A DNA stretch of 64,000 nt from an uncultured bacterium (GTDB lineage: Bacteria > Oederibacteriota > PGYV01 > CAWJRG01), in the NCBI GenBank assembly GCA_963845185.1, contig CAWJRG010000009.1, forward strand, positions 832,001-896,000, read 5' to 3'. A program made the position numbers and the translations under genes. Shown here piece after piece: positions 27,815 through 37,656 of this stretch. The notes beneath the pieces are model-generated. The model made no database searches and was not told the DNA's origin. It saw nothing but the letters and a program-made list of their open reading frames with translations. Each line of letters begins with the position of its first letter. Positions within the stretch are counted from its first letter, which is position 1.

Positions 27815-28769
27815 ATGCTTCCAGTATTTTTTTTACAATTTCAGCTCGAGCCACGTCTTCAGATGTGAAATTGACAGTCGCCATGCCTTCTATTTCCTTG
27901 AATATTTCCTGCGCATGTATAAGCCCTGACTTTTTACCTGGCGTAAGGTCTATCTGGGTTATGTCACCTGTTATAACTGCTTTTGAATCGTTGCCTAGTC
28001 TTGTTAAGAACATTTTCATCTGGTCTATTGTTGTATTTTGGGCCTCATCAAGTATTATAAATGCCCTATTCAAAGTCCTGCCTCTCATATAGGCAAGCGG
28101 GGCTATTTCAATTACCTCATTTTCGACCAGTTCCTGGAATATTCTGGGGTCAATCATATCAAATATCGCATCAAATAATGGCCTCAAATAAGGGTCTATT
28201 TTTTGTTTTACATCCCCGGGTAAAAACCCAAGTTTTTCGCCAGCCTCCACGACAGGCCTAACAAGTACTATTCTTTCAACCTTTTTTTCCCTTAAAAAAT
28301 AAAGGCCTGCCGCTACAGCAAGATATGTCTTGCCCGTACCGGCAGGCCCTATAGCAAAAATAATCTGGTTGTCAAAAATTTCCTTTATATAAAGATTCTG
28401 ATTTTTCGTCTTCGGCCTTATCTGTTCCCTTTTCGAGGAAACCAAAAGCCCGATCATGTCTCCTGTATTTTCCATGTTAATTTTAGCCGGTTCTTCTTCA
28501 CTATTTTTTACACTGTTGATTATTTGCCTTATAAAAAACTTCGAAATTACTTTTCCTTCATGCTCGATGTAATACTTTAAACTTCTCAAAACCCTTTCGG
28601 CATAATCAATCTTTTCTTTTTCGCCCCTAATAAGCACTTTGTCGTTCTGCCCGATAATATCAATCTTGAGTTCTTTTTCAATAAACCTTAAATTCTCATC
28701 ACCTATGCCGTAAAGGTTTACGATACCATCCTTGTCGAGATCTATATCAAAACGTTTTTTTCTCTCCAC
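27789..28769 (-). CDS. phoH: PhoH-family ATPase
   Basis: GPAGTGKTYLA, RPVVEAGEKLGFLPG, APLAYMRGRTL, LDEAQN. Confidence 0.93.
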   Translation of the reverse strand: MERKKRFDIDLDKDGIVNLYGIGDENLRFIEKELKIDIIGQNDKVLIRGEKEKIDYAERVLRSLKYYIEHEGKVISKFFIRQIINSVKNSEEEPAKINMENTGDMIGLLVSSKREQIRPKTKNQNLYIKEIFDNQIIFAIGPAGTGKTYLAVAAGLYFLREKKVERIVLVRPVVEAGEKLGFLPGDVKQKIDPYLRPLFDAIFDMIDPRIFQELVENEVIEIAPLAYMRGRTLNRAFIILDEAQNTTIDQMKMFLTRLGNDSKAVITGDITQIDLTPGKKSGLIHAQEIFKEIEGMATVNFTSEDVARAEIVKKILEAYEKYEKQE

Positions 28770-28786
28770 ACAAATATTTTTTTAAA

Positions 28787-29227
28787 CTAATATTTTAACG
28801 GCAAGCTTTTCCTTGGAGTTGAATGAGGCTTATACGGTGGAGTATCTTTTGCTTTCTGTTTTGCATCGTCTACCTGATCTTGCCCATAGTCTTTTTTGAC
28901 GTCAAGTTCCTGGCCAACGTCTATAATATCCGGGTCCTTTATCTGGTCCCTGTTTGCCTTAAAAAGCAAGGGCCACTCAAATGGGTCTGCATAAATATCG
29001 TTTATAGTAGATATCCCCCATAAAGTGTCTCCTTTTTTTACAACATACTTCACTGCTTTTTGTTCTTCAGGTGTTGGTGCGACAGTCGCCTCTTCTGTTG
29101 GCACCGGCAATGTTCCGTTCGCTTCCTCGCCCGTATTTGGTTTAACATTGGGTCTGGATGCACATCCCGTACTTAAAAAAATAGCAATCACGAACACTAT
29201 CACCATCAATAACTTCAATACTTTCAT
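28787..29227 (-). CDS. LysM-domain lipoprotein
   Basis: STGC lipobox; YVVKKGDTLWGIS...ANRDQIKDPDII..GQEL. Confidence 0.9.
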   Translation of the reverse strand: MKVLKLLMVIVFVIAIFLSTGCASRPNVKPNTGEEANGTLPVPTEEATVAPTPEEQKAVKYVVKKGDTLWGISTINDIYADPFEWPLLFKANRDQIKDPDIIDVGQELDVKKDYGQDQVDDAKQKAKDTPPYKPHSTPRKSLPLKY

Positions 29228-29243
29228 GCAACTATACCTCCTT

Positions 29244-29621
29244 TTAAAATTTTTTCGACAGTATCATCATGCCGTCATTAAATGAAAGCAAAATGTCCGG
29301 TTCTTCATATGCCGATTTTCTGTTTTTCTTCTGCATTGTGTTGTTCTTATCATCAATATACTCATACACGTCGTATGTTCCGTATAAAAGCCCCAGACCG
29401 GCTCCTATTAAAGCTCCCCAGCACGCGCCTGCTCCAAAAACAGCCGGATTCGCTGTATTTCCGCCGTTTATATATGATGGTGCCGAAAAGGCCACGCCAA
29501 CCATTGATGATATCAAGGATCCGACAAGCATATCTTCGCCCAGTTTGTCGGCTATTTCACCGGCAAAAAGGCTTCCTGTGAACATACCTGCTATAATAAC
29601 TGTAATAAGAATTTTTTTCAT
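29244..29621 (-). CDS. Hypothetical secreted/membrane protein (glycine-zipper-like)
   Basis: Signal peptide; GxxxG helices. Confidence 0.65.
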   Translation of the reverse strand: MKKILITVIIAGMFTGSLFAGEIADKLGEDMLVGSLISSMVGVAFSAPSYINGGNTANPAVFGAGACWGALIGAGLGLLYGTYDVYEYIDDKNNTMQKKNRKSAYEEPDILLSFNDGMMILSKKF

Positions 29622-29630
29622 AATAACTCC

Positions 29631-30455
29631 TTAATATTTTATGCTATATGTTAAAAGTGTGGCGTCCGGAGTAAATTCAAGATGCAGTGCATGGTTTTCT
29701 CTTATTTCTGCGCCCCTGTACTGGGATGGTATTACCATTTCAACAATAGCTGCAACAAATCCAAGCGCAGTACCTATTGATGCGCCATAACCAACACCTT
29801 CAAGTATATTTTCTCCTGCTTTGGTTTTAATATAAGATATTACTCCGCCGCACGTGCCCAACATACTTCCTATTACACAACCACCAAGTATATCAATTCC
29901 ATAATCCGATGAAAAATAATATTTATCGACATTTAACTCGACAAGCGACAAAACAGTCGAGCCTATTACCCCTGCACCCAAACCAATAAAAGCACCGTTT
30001 AAAAGTGGCGCTATATCCCTGTTACGAAAATCCGCATAACCAAGCAGGCCGCAACCTGTCCCGATAATTGCCCCCTCAAAAACACCGCCTGCCACATTAA
30101 GCGCAATAAGTGTTCCCGGGTCGTCCTTTGATAACCTGACTTTTTCATATTTTTTTTCAAGTTTTAGATCTGTCGGCCTTTCCTCTACTATAGGTATCGC
30201 CCCTCCCTGCAAATAACTATTTACTTTTGCCCTTATTTTATCAATCGCTGTTCCGGAAACAGAGGCCGAATAATTAACTTCCTGAGGCAATGGCGGTAAA
30301 GAATTTGAAGTTGCAGGCGTTGGAGCCACGGATGTTTGCGTATTCGCTGCAGATTCCGCTATTATTGTCGGAACCGTTTTAATTTTTACATCAGTGGCAT
30401 ATGAAACCCCTGTACATATTATAAAAATACCTATCAAGATTATAGCTTTTTTCAT
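29631..30455 (-). CDS. Hypothetical secreted/membrane protein (glycine-zipper-like)
   Basis: Signal peptide; several GxxxGxxxG helices. Confidence 0.65.
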   Translation of the reverse strand: MKKAIILIGIFIICTGVSYATDVKIKTVPTIIAESAANTQTSVAPTPATSNSLPPLPQEVNYSASVSGTAIDKIRAKVNSYLQGGAIPIVEERPTDLKLEKKYEKVRLSKDDPGTLIALNVAGGVFEGAIIGTGCGLLGYADFRNRDIAPLLNGAFIGLGAGVIGSTVLSLVELNVDKYYFSSDYGIDILGGCVIGSMLGTCGGVISYIKTKAGENILEGVGYGASIGTALGFVAAIVEMVIPSQYRGAEIRENHALHLEFTPDATLLTYSIKY

Positions 30456-30581
30456 TGTAGTTAACCTATCACCTTTTTGAATTAAATTTCTTGTTAAATT
30501 TTAGCAATCATTATAAGCATTGTCAAGGCTTTTTTCCACTTTGCATTGATTTAAATGCCACACAAAGTAAAAGTCTTTGAA

Positions 30582-32348
30582 TTACCTGCTTAAATCTATT
30601 TTTATTCCCAGCTCTTTAAGTTGTTTTTCTTCCACTTCCGAAGGAGCATCGGTAAGCAGGCAAAGCGCTTTCTGCGTTTTAGGAAAAGCTATTACATCCC
30701 TTATTGACTGCGAGCCGGTTATTATCATTATCAATCTGTCGAGACCGAAAGCTATGCCGCCGTGCGGCGGTGCACCATATTTTAATGCTTCAATCAAAAA
30801 CCCGAACTTTTTGTTAGCGTCAGTTTCGGAAATATTTAAAATAGAGAATATTTTTTGTTGCAAAACGCTTTTATGCATCCTTATGCTGCCACCGCCTATT
30901 TCCGTGCCGTTTAAGACGCAATCATAAGCTCGCGCTTTTACTTTTAACGGATCCGACTCAAGCAGTATCTCATCCTGTTCCTGTGGTGCGGTAAAAGGAT
31001 GGTGATTTGCTTCCAACCTCTTTTCTTCATGATTATACATAAGCAGAGGGAAATCCGTTACCCATAGAAAATTAAGTTTCTTTTCATCAATAAGTTTATA
31101 TGTTTTTCCTATATGCAACCTTACCCTGCTAAATATATCGTTTACCTTTTCTTTTTTATCTGCCATAAAAAAAATAATATCGCCTTTTTCGGCATGCATT
31201 AACTCGCTTAGCTTCGCAAGTCTCGGCTCATCAAGAAATTTTACAATCGGTGACTCTGGTTTATCTGCGTACTTAATCCAGGCCATTCCTCCGGCGCCGC
31301 ACTTTATGGCAAAACCCACAAGATCGTCTATATCCTTGCGCGAGAGTTTTTCCCCTGCGCCCTTAAAATTTATTGCCTTGACAATCCCTCCGCCTTGTAT
31401 TGCTTCGCTGAATATCTTAAAACCTGAACCCGCAAACACTTCCGTAACTGTTTTCAGTTTTAATTCAAATCTTGTATCCGGCTTGTCACATCCGTAATAT
31501 TCCATGGCATCGTCATATTTAATGCGTGGAAAAGGTATGTCTATTTTTGTTTCCACAACGCCTTCGAAAACACATTTAATAAGATTTTCGCTGTGAAAGT
31601 AAATATCTCCCTCGTCAATAAAAGACATCTCTATATCAACCTGTGTAAACTCGGGCTGCCTATCTGCCCGCAAATCTTCATCCCTGAAACATCTGACTAT
31701 TTGGTAATACCTGTCAAGGCCGGCTACCATTAAAATCTGTTTCAGCATCTGCGGCGATTGCGGCAGCGCGTAAAAAGTGCCCTGGTTTACCCTGCTGGGC
31801 ACGAGATAGTCTCGGGCGCCTTCAGGAGTGCTTTTCATTAAAAACGGCGTCTCTACTTCGGTAAATCCGTTCGTATCCATGTAACTTCTTATCAGCATGC
31901 AGGCTTTATGTCTTAATATCAAATTTTTTTGCATTTTTGGCCTACGCAGGTCAATATAACGGTATTTAAGCCTTATGTCTTCACTGACTTCAGCCTCATC
32001 ATCAACCAAAAAAGGCGGTGTAAGCGCCTCGTTTAAAATTTCTGTGATTTCAGCAACTATCTCAATATAGCCAGTATTCAACTTGGGATTTTCTGTGCCC
32101 TGCGGCCTTTTCCTGACTTTGCCCTGCACGCATAAAACATATTCGCTTCTATATTTATGGGCATTGCTATGTTCTTTCTGGTTTAACTCCGGATCATACA
32201 CTACCTGAACAAGTCCTGTTTTATCCCTGATATCAAGGAATACAACTCCACCGTGGTCACGCCTTGAATTTATCCAGCCGTTTATTACGACAATTTTTCC
32301 AATTTCCTTTTCTGTGATTATTCCACAGTAATGAGTGCGTTTTTGCAT
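30582..32348 (-). CDS. aspS: Aspartate--tRNA ligase (RRDHGG suggests the non-discriminating type)
   Basis: RTHYCG, STPEGARDYLVPSR, LPQSPQ, FRDEDLRADRQPEFTQ, PPHGGIAFGLDR. Confidence 0.97.
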   Translation of the reverse strand: MQKRTHYCGIITEKEIGKIVVINGWINSRRDHGGVVFLDIRDKTGLVQVVYDPELNQKEHSNAHKYRSEYVLCVQGKVRKRPQGTENPKLNTGYIEIVAEITEILNEALTPPFLVDDEAEVSEDIRLKYRYIDLRRPKMQKNLILRHKACMLIRSYMDTNGFTEVETPFLMKSTPEGARDYLVPSRVNQGTFYALPQSPQMLKQILMVAGLDRYYQIVRCFRDEDLRADRQPEFTQVDIEMSFIDEGDIYFHSENLIKCVFEGVVETKIDIPFPRIKYDDAMEYYGCDKPDTRFELKLKTVTEVFAGSGFKIFSEAIQGGGIVKAINFKGAGEKLSRKDIDDLVGFAIKCGAGGMAWIKYADKPESPIVKFLDEPRLAKLSELMHAEKGDIIFFMADKKEKVNDIFSRVRLHIGKTYKLIDEKKLNFLWVTDFPLLMYNHEEKRLEANHHPFTAPQEQDEILLESDPLKVKARAYDCVLNGTEIGGGSIRMHKSVLQQKIFSILNISETDANKKFGFLIEALKYGAPPHGGIAFGLDRLIMIITGSQSIRDVIAFPKTQKALCLLTDAPSEVEEKQLKELGIKIDLSR

Positions 32349-32448
32349 TTTTGCCGCCCTTATTTTTTAGATTTTAAATTTTAGAATTTGGATTGGGATT
32401 AAAAAATTTGCAAACCAGAATTCTTAATAACTACAGGTAAAAAATTCC

Positions 32449-32964
32449 TTAGAACCTGTAATTGTAAGTTAAAAACATCGTACTGTTATTATATGATTCC
32501 TGCTGCATTTTAAACTCAAGCCCATGCTCGATATTGTATTGCCGGGCTGCACCACCGGCCATAGATATATCCGACAGCCACGAAGCAACAAAAAGCACGC
32601 CTGCGACAATCATTACAGTCTCGCCGGCCCTCTGCACTGTATTATTGTTGCCGCCCATAGTTGTTAAATTTGACGGTGATGAATATTCGATATAACCAAT
32701 GCCAAGAGTTACCAGAGATGCAAACTCAGTGCCGAATAATAACAGTCCTGTCTTGTAATCTTCCGAATAAAACTGACCCCATCCGTGAACTAGCAATCCC
32801 GGCCCTATAGCAATAACAGTTGCCATTATTGGGTCTTTTGGTTCAATCACGGTCTCGTCTATCACAACATTTGTTGTCCCCTGCGCATATAAATACGGTG
32901 CAAAAAGCAAAGAACCTAAAATCATAATAAGCATTAAACATATAAATATGTTGCATTTTCTCAT
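32449..32964 (-). CDS. Hypothetical membrane protein
   Basis: Signal peptide; K.P..A...PG...HG.GQFY motif and TM helices. Confidence 0.65.
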   Translation of the reverse strand: MRKCNIFICLMLIMILGSLLFAPYLYAQGTTNVVIDETVIEPKDPIMATVIAIGPGLLVHGWGQFYSEDYKTGLLLFGTEFASLVTLGIGYIEYSSPSNLTTMGGNNNTVQRAGETVMIVAGVLFVASWLSDISMAGGAARQYNIEHGLEFKMQQESYNNSTMFLTYNYRF

Positions 32965-33099
32965 AGAATTACACCTCTGAATTTAAGAATTTCGTAAATT
33001 ATCATATAAAAAGATTAAAAAGTCAATTAAATTTTGCCGACAAAAATATCGTTCTAAAACAATAAATAATCATATTTTAAGAGATTTAAATATTTTCCG

Positions 33100-33600
33100 T
33101 TACTTTGGTGATGCAATAATTTTATCTACAATATCGTCAGGGGTGAGTTTTATGTCTATTACCACAGCATTTTTCGGTTCTTCAAGTATATCAAACTGGC
33201 TGGCAAGAAGAGACGGGTTGATAAAATGACCCTTGCGTTTTTTTATACGCTTCTTAATCAACTCCAAGGTGCCTTTTAAATATATAAGTTTTATTCCCTT
33301 TCTATTTCCTATCAATACTTTGCGGTATTTTTCTTTGAGAGCTGAACATGCTACCACACTATTCCATTTGCATGCCAGGTCCAGGTCGATTATTGAACGG
33401 ATTGCGAAAAGCCAAGATTTCCTGTCTTTATCTGTAAGAGGTAAACCTTTGCGCATTTTTTTACGGCTGCTATCAGAGTGATAATCATCACCGTCACGGA
33501 ATACACAATTAAGCCTTTTAGCAAGCTTCTTGCCTATTGCTGTCTTGCCTGAACCAAGCACACCCATTAAAATATAAATCATTGTCTGGATTCTCCTCAA
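33100..33600 (-). CDS. Gluconokinase (GntK/IdnK type)
   Basis: MGVLGSGKT, DGDDYH, PLTDKDR..WL, ACSALK..YR, LLASQF..LEEP. Confidence 0.9.
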   Translation of the reverse strand: MRRIQTMIYILMGVLGSGKTAIGKKLAKRLNCVFRDGDDYHSDSSRKKMRKGLPLTDKDRKSWLFAIRSIIDLDLACKWNSVVACSALKEKYRKVLIGNRKGIKLIYLKGTLELIKKRIKKRKGHFINPSLLASQFDILEEPKNAVVIDIKLTPDDIVDKIIASPK

Positions 33601-33622
33601 ATATCACAAGCAACTTATTAAC

Positions 33623-36205
33623 CTATCTTATTATAGCAATTTTTCCTTTTTTAGTGTTGCCTTTTTTATCACTGATTATATAGATGTAGATCCCAGATAC
33701 TGTCTTATTCTTTTGATTTGTCAAGTTCCAGAAAAGTGTACCGCTTGGCGTATCCTGTTCAACCTTGTAAACAAGCTCCCCTGACACATTAAAAACTTTT
33801 AGCAGCGTATGGCTTTCAAGATTAGTAAAAGTTATACCTGTGTGACCTTTCCTCAGGTCGCAAGGCGATGGGTATGCTTTGACATTATCCAGGTTTGCAG
33901 CAGCACTTGTTCCAGTTGCTCCTCCGCCGCTTCCTGAATAAAAATAACCTGATAAGAAAACAAGCGCCGCATTTTCAGATGTTTCCCCTTCATTTGACGC
34001 GTAAGAACCGGCTGACGAGCACAAATCCAGCCAGCATTTTGCCGGCGGCGTTCCTTCATTTATTATAGTTATAAGAGGTAAGTCGTTTCCAGCTCCGTTT
34101 GCGTACCTATTTGGTCCGCCTGAAGCCCATCCTGGGAATAAAATGCCGTAATCCTCATAGATCCAATGGTAAGGATGGCTAGCGTAGTTTGTTCCGTGCA
34201 TGGTTACAAAAGACTTGTTCAGGCTGTTATTTCCCATCATATAGCCCATCTGGTTTAATGCAGCATCTTTGTATGACTGGTTTCCTGTTACAATATACCC
34301 CATAATCAGGTTGTTTGCCCTATGCATCAATCCTTCGTTTGATTCCCAGTAATAATCCCATTGAGTGCTTGCCACTCCGTATCCTGAACTGCTTGCTCTC
34401 GTCAAATAATTATCGCAAAGAGACTGTATGCTTGAAATTGCCTTGTTTTTCAGCGGCGACGGAGTTCTTGCGTCCTCCCACATAGAAAAATACCCTAAAA
34501 ACTCCGGTGCAGACCAGCTCATTTCAGTAAGCGGATTCGTGGTTGTGTCGGAATCAAACTGGCTGCTTATCGTTGTATCGCCTGTCAGCCTGAACATTTC
34601 AGCTTCTGCCCACTGTACTTCCTGCCATGAATACGGATCAATGTAATACGGGTCTGTTTGACCGATATTCTTGTTTGCCATAAGCCATGTAAATGATCTT
34701 TGTGCTGTACGCGAGCATGTATTTGCGAATGCCGGATCAATGTTTTGAAATACCCTTGCAGCCTGTGCGCAAGCCGCTACTAAAACAGCTGCGTCAATTG
34801 ATGACGGCGGCTGGGTCAAAGTAACGGATTGGTAACAAGCGTACCTTGTATATGGATCAAGATTTGGCTTGATCCCGAAAATAAAATTTGGTTGGGTGTC
34901 CACTTTATGATAAACCGTGCCGTCGGAATTTTGCAGTTTTAAAAGCCAGTTTAAACCCCATCTTGCCTCGTTTAGAAGGTCTGATATGTTGTTCCCGCTT
35001 TCAGGTATGTTATTCTTTAAATTCTTCATATTGTTAGTTTGCAATTCATAAAGCCACATCATGTAACTCACGCTCAATGCTTCTTCTACCGACCATTTTC
35101 CAACGTCACCAGCATTGTGCCATCCTCCTGTAAAATCCCTTGATTGCCCTGTATCTTTACATATAGCATCCGTTGTATGACAAGCCAGGCGGTTTAGCCC
35201 GGTAACGCTGTCATTTATTGAAATGCCGCATCTTATTAAATAAAAACACCTTAAAGCATCCTTAAATACCTGGTCATAGACGTTTTCAGAAATATTAAAA
35301 TAATAGCTTTTATGGCCGTTGACATAAATACAATATCTGCCGGTCATAGCGAGTGATGAAAAATCGCCCTGTAGAACAAATTCCCCTGTCGTTGCTGTAT
35401 CGCTGACGGGCGTAGCTGAAATTTTGCCCGAATAGGCCGTATTTCCCAGCGTATCCAAAACGCTGAAATTATCGTTTGTTGAAGCGGTCTGCGTCACAAC
35501 ATAAAAATATTTTTTAGCGTCAGGTAAATACCCTTCCTGGTTAACTTTCGGATCAGGAATTATAACATTGGGCGTTATTGTAACCGCAGCTTCACTTTGC
35601 AGATAAAACTCTATGTCATCCACATAAAGCTGCCCTGTTGTGCCTGCAAAGCCGCTTGCAACCCACTGGATAGCATAAACTGTCGTGGGATCCCATGCCT
35701 CAGGTGTCCCCCATGCCTGCGCGAGGCTCATGAAAGGTATTTCAAATAATTTCCAGCTTGAATCAGGCGTAAAAACAGATGAATAATGATTTCCCTGCGC
35801 GGCTGTTTTTGTCGTGCCAAGGCCGCAATTATATGTGCCTGTTCCTGTGCATTTAGCGTAAAACCTTATTCCATAGTAACTGCTCACGTCAATTCCGATG
35901 GTGCTGTAATCCGCCCTGGTAAAAGTAAGCAAGCCTGTGTATGGGTACGCCACGCCCGGCAATAATGTATATGCCATGCTTGCGCAGTATGCCGAGCCTG
36001 AATTTCCGCCAGGTGTCATAAAAAATGTACCCGCCGGTGCCGCAGGCGGTGTGACAGATGAATATCCGTCGGCAAATGTTTGCCAAGCTCCGCCGAGAGC
36101 ATTAATATTGTCTCCGTCATCGCAGTTGTCTACAAGCAAGGCTGCGTGTAAGTCAAACGTTATCAGAAGCGCCGCGATAACTATATATATTTTCTTCATT
36201 AACAT
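33623..36205 (-). CDS. Secreted GH9 glycoside hydrolase with N-terminal CBM11/CIA30-like domain and C-terminal sorting-like domain
   Basis: VNQEGYLP (CelD-N), DFTGGWHNAGD.GK, LL.EARWGL.WLLK.Q, SYASNE...ENA; C-terminal AYPSP...FNVSGELV...SGIYIY...GKIAIIR. Confidence 0.88.
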   Translation of the reverse strand: MLMKKIYIVIAALLITFDLHAALLVDNCDDGDNINALGGAWQTFADGYSSVTPPAAPAGTFFMTPGGNSGSAYCASMAYTLLPGVAYPYTGLLTFTRADYSTIGIDVSSYYGIRFYAKCTGTGTYNCGLGTTKTAAQGNHYSSVFTPDSSWKLFEIPFMSLAQAWGTPEAWDPTTVYAIQWVASGFAGTTGQLYVDDIEFYLQSEAAVTITPNVIIPDPKVNQEGYLPDAKKYFYVVTQTASTNDNFSVLDTLGNTAYSGKISATPVSDTATTGEFVLQGDFSSLAMTGRYCIYVNGHKSYYFNISENVYDQVFKDALRCFYLIRCGISINDSVTGLNRLACHTTDAICKDTGQSRDFTGGWHNAGDVGKWSVEEALSVSYMMWLYELQTNNMKNLKNNIPESGNNISDLLNEARWGLNWLLKLQNSDGTVYHKVDTQPNFIFGIKPNLDPYTRYACYQSVTLTQPPSSIDAAVLVAACAQAARVFQNIDPAFANTCSRTAQRSFTWLMANKNIGQTDPYYIDPYSWQEVQWAEAEMFRLTGDTTISSQFDSDTTTNPLTEMSWSAPEFLGYFSMWEDARTPSPLKNKAISSIQSLCDNYLTRASSSGYGVASTQWDYYWESNEGLMHRANNLIMGYIVTGNQSYKDAALNQMGYMMGNNSLNKSFVTMHGTNYASHPYHWIYEDYGILFPGWASGGPNRYANGAGNDLPLITIINEGTPPAKCWLDLCSSAGSYASNEGETSENAALVFLSGYFYSGSGGGATGTSAAANLDNVKAYPSPCDLRKGHTGITFTNLESHTLLKVFNVSGELVYKVEQDTPSGTLFWNLTNQKNKTVSGIYIYIISDKKGNTKKGKIAIIR

Positions 36206-36286
36206 GACTCCTTTTTGTTATTTTCTCATTATCAGCATTACATACTGTTCTCAAATTATAACGTGGAAAATTCAAAACCGTTGCAA

Positions 36287-37366
36287 TTATTTGTTCTTTC
36301 TTTTTCCACCCACATTAAAATCAACATATTTATATATATTTTCAGCCATTGCTTTATTTAAATGTTTTCTCGTAATCCCCGAATAATCCTTTTGATTTCT
36401 ATGCATCCTTTCAATTTCCTGCCTAAATTCATAATATGTCACGGCTATGTCGCCTTTTAACCTTTCAATGTCGTTTGCTTTATTTTTTTCAGTTAGTATG
36501 GCAAGTATCCCGCCAAAGGCTTCCAGAGGGTAAAACCTGGCCACATTATCAGCTGCGTAAAAATAATATACATCGTAATATTCTTTGGTTACTTCCCTGA
36601 ATATTCTTACTGCCCTGTCATCATTGTTTTGTGAGCGGTACAGCTCTCCCAGTTCAAGCAGCAAAGAAGCGCAAAGTACTCTGTTTTTTGTATTTTTAAT
36701 TATCCACCTTATCTCGTTTTCCATTCTTCCGACAAATGCTTTTTCTGAAATCAGGCAGTAAACTATGTTGTCTGCTGCCGGTTCCTCGTAATTAACGCAA
36801 TCGCCATAGCAGCGCCTGGTTATCCCGTCAAAATTTTTTATAAGTAACTTTGAAATGTTAATTGATTTTTCGTAATTAGGATTATTGTCTATCATGCAGT
36901 CCCCATAGCCGGAAAAATTATTCGAAAAAATCCACATTTCATAACAAAGCGCCTCAGCGCCAGCTGGCCCGCCGTAGTTCTGCGAGGAAAGTGAAGTAAA
37001 GGCTCCAAGGAATCTGTCGTTTTTATACCTCATGAACATTTCGTCAAAACACATGAGGGCTTCTTTTATCCTGCCGTTTTTTAAGTATATCCTGCCGAGC
37101 ATGTCAAGCGCGCCAGGCGCAGCCTTATATCTGTATTCAAGAGCATAAACTTTTATTGTTATAAGCCTGTCGGGTTTAACTCTTAGTATTTTGAAAAGTA
37201 GTGGAGTTGCCTTATCAAATTCGTTTTTAAGGTAATAATATCTTGCGCTTGCGTATGTTGCATCTTCGAATCTAATCTCTTTGCTGATACGCTCAACTGT
37301 TTTTTCATAGGCATGCAACGATATTACCAGTAACAGCGCTGCAATTAACATAACATTTCTGCGCAA
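36287..37366 (-). CDS. Secreted TPR-like protein
   Basis: Signal peptide; LG.IY...G...EA...F and LGELY.....D.A...F repeats. Confidence 0.65.
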   Translation of the reverse strand: MRRNVMLIAALLLVISLHAYEKTVERISKEIRFEDATYASARYYYLKNEFDKATPLLFKILRVKPDRLITIKVYALEYRYKAAPGALDMLGRIYLKNGRIKEALMCFDEMFMRYKNDRFLGAFTSLSSQNYGGPAGAEALCYEMWIFSNNFSGYGDCMIDNNPNYEKSINISKLLIKNFDGITRRCYGDCVNYEEPAADNIVYCLISEKAFVGRMENEIRWIIKNTKNRVLCASLLLELGELYRSQNNDDRAVRIFREVTKEYYDVYYFYAADNVARFYPLEAFGGILAILTEKNKANDIERLKGDIAVTYYEFRQEIERMHRNQKDYSGITRKHLNKAMAENIYKYVDFNVGGKRKNK

Positions 37367-37656
37367 ATCATACTCCTGTTTAAGGGCAGCATAATATTCT
37401 GTCCTAAAATCATTGCAATTATGATTAATTTTACCAGATTACGCATGCGAATAGCAATTAATTTTAAAAGGAGTATTGTGTTTCATAAAGTTGTAACATT
37501 TGGCGTATAAAATTTCTTACTTTATTGATCTAATGCTTTACAAAATTAACAATATTTTAAGACCGGATTGGGATTTAACTTTCTTGCTATTGATGTCAGG
37601 CTTTTATATTAGGATATTAAATTTTGCAGAATTCTTTGATGATTGTCCGGAAAGCG

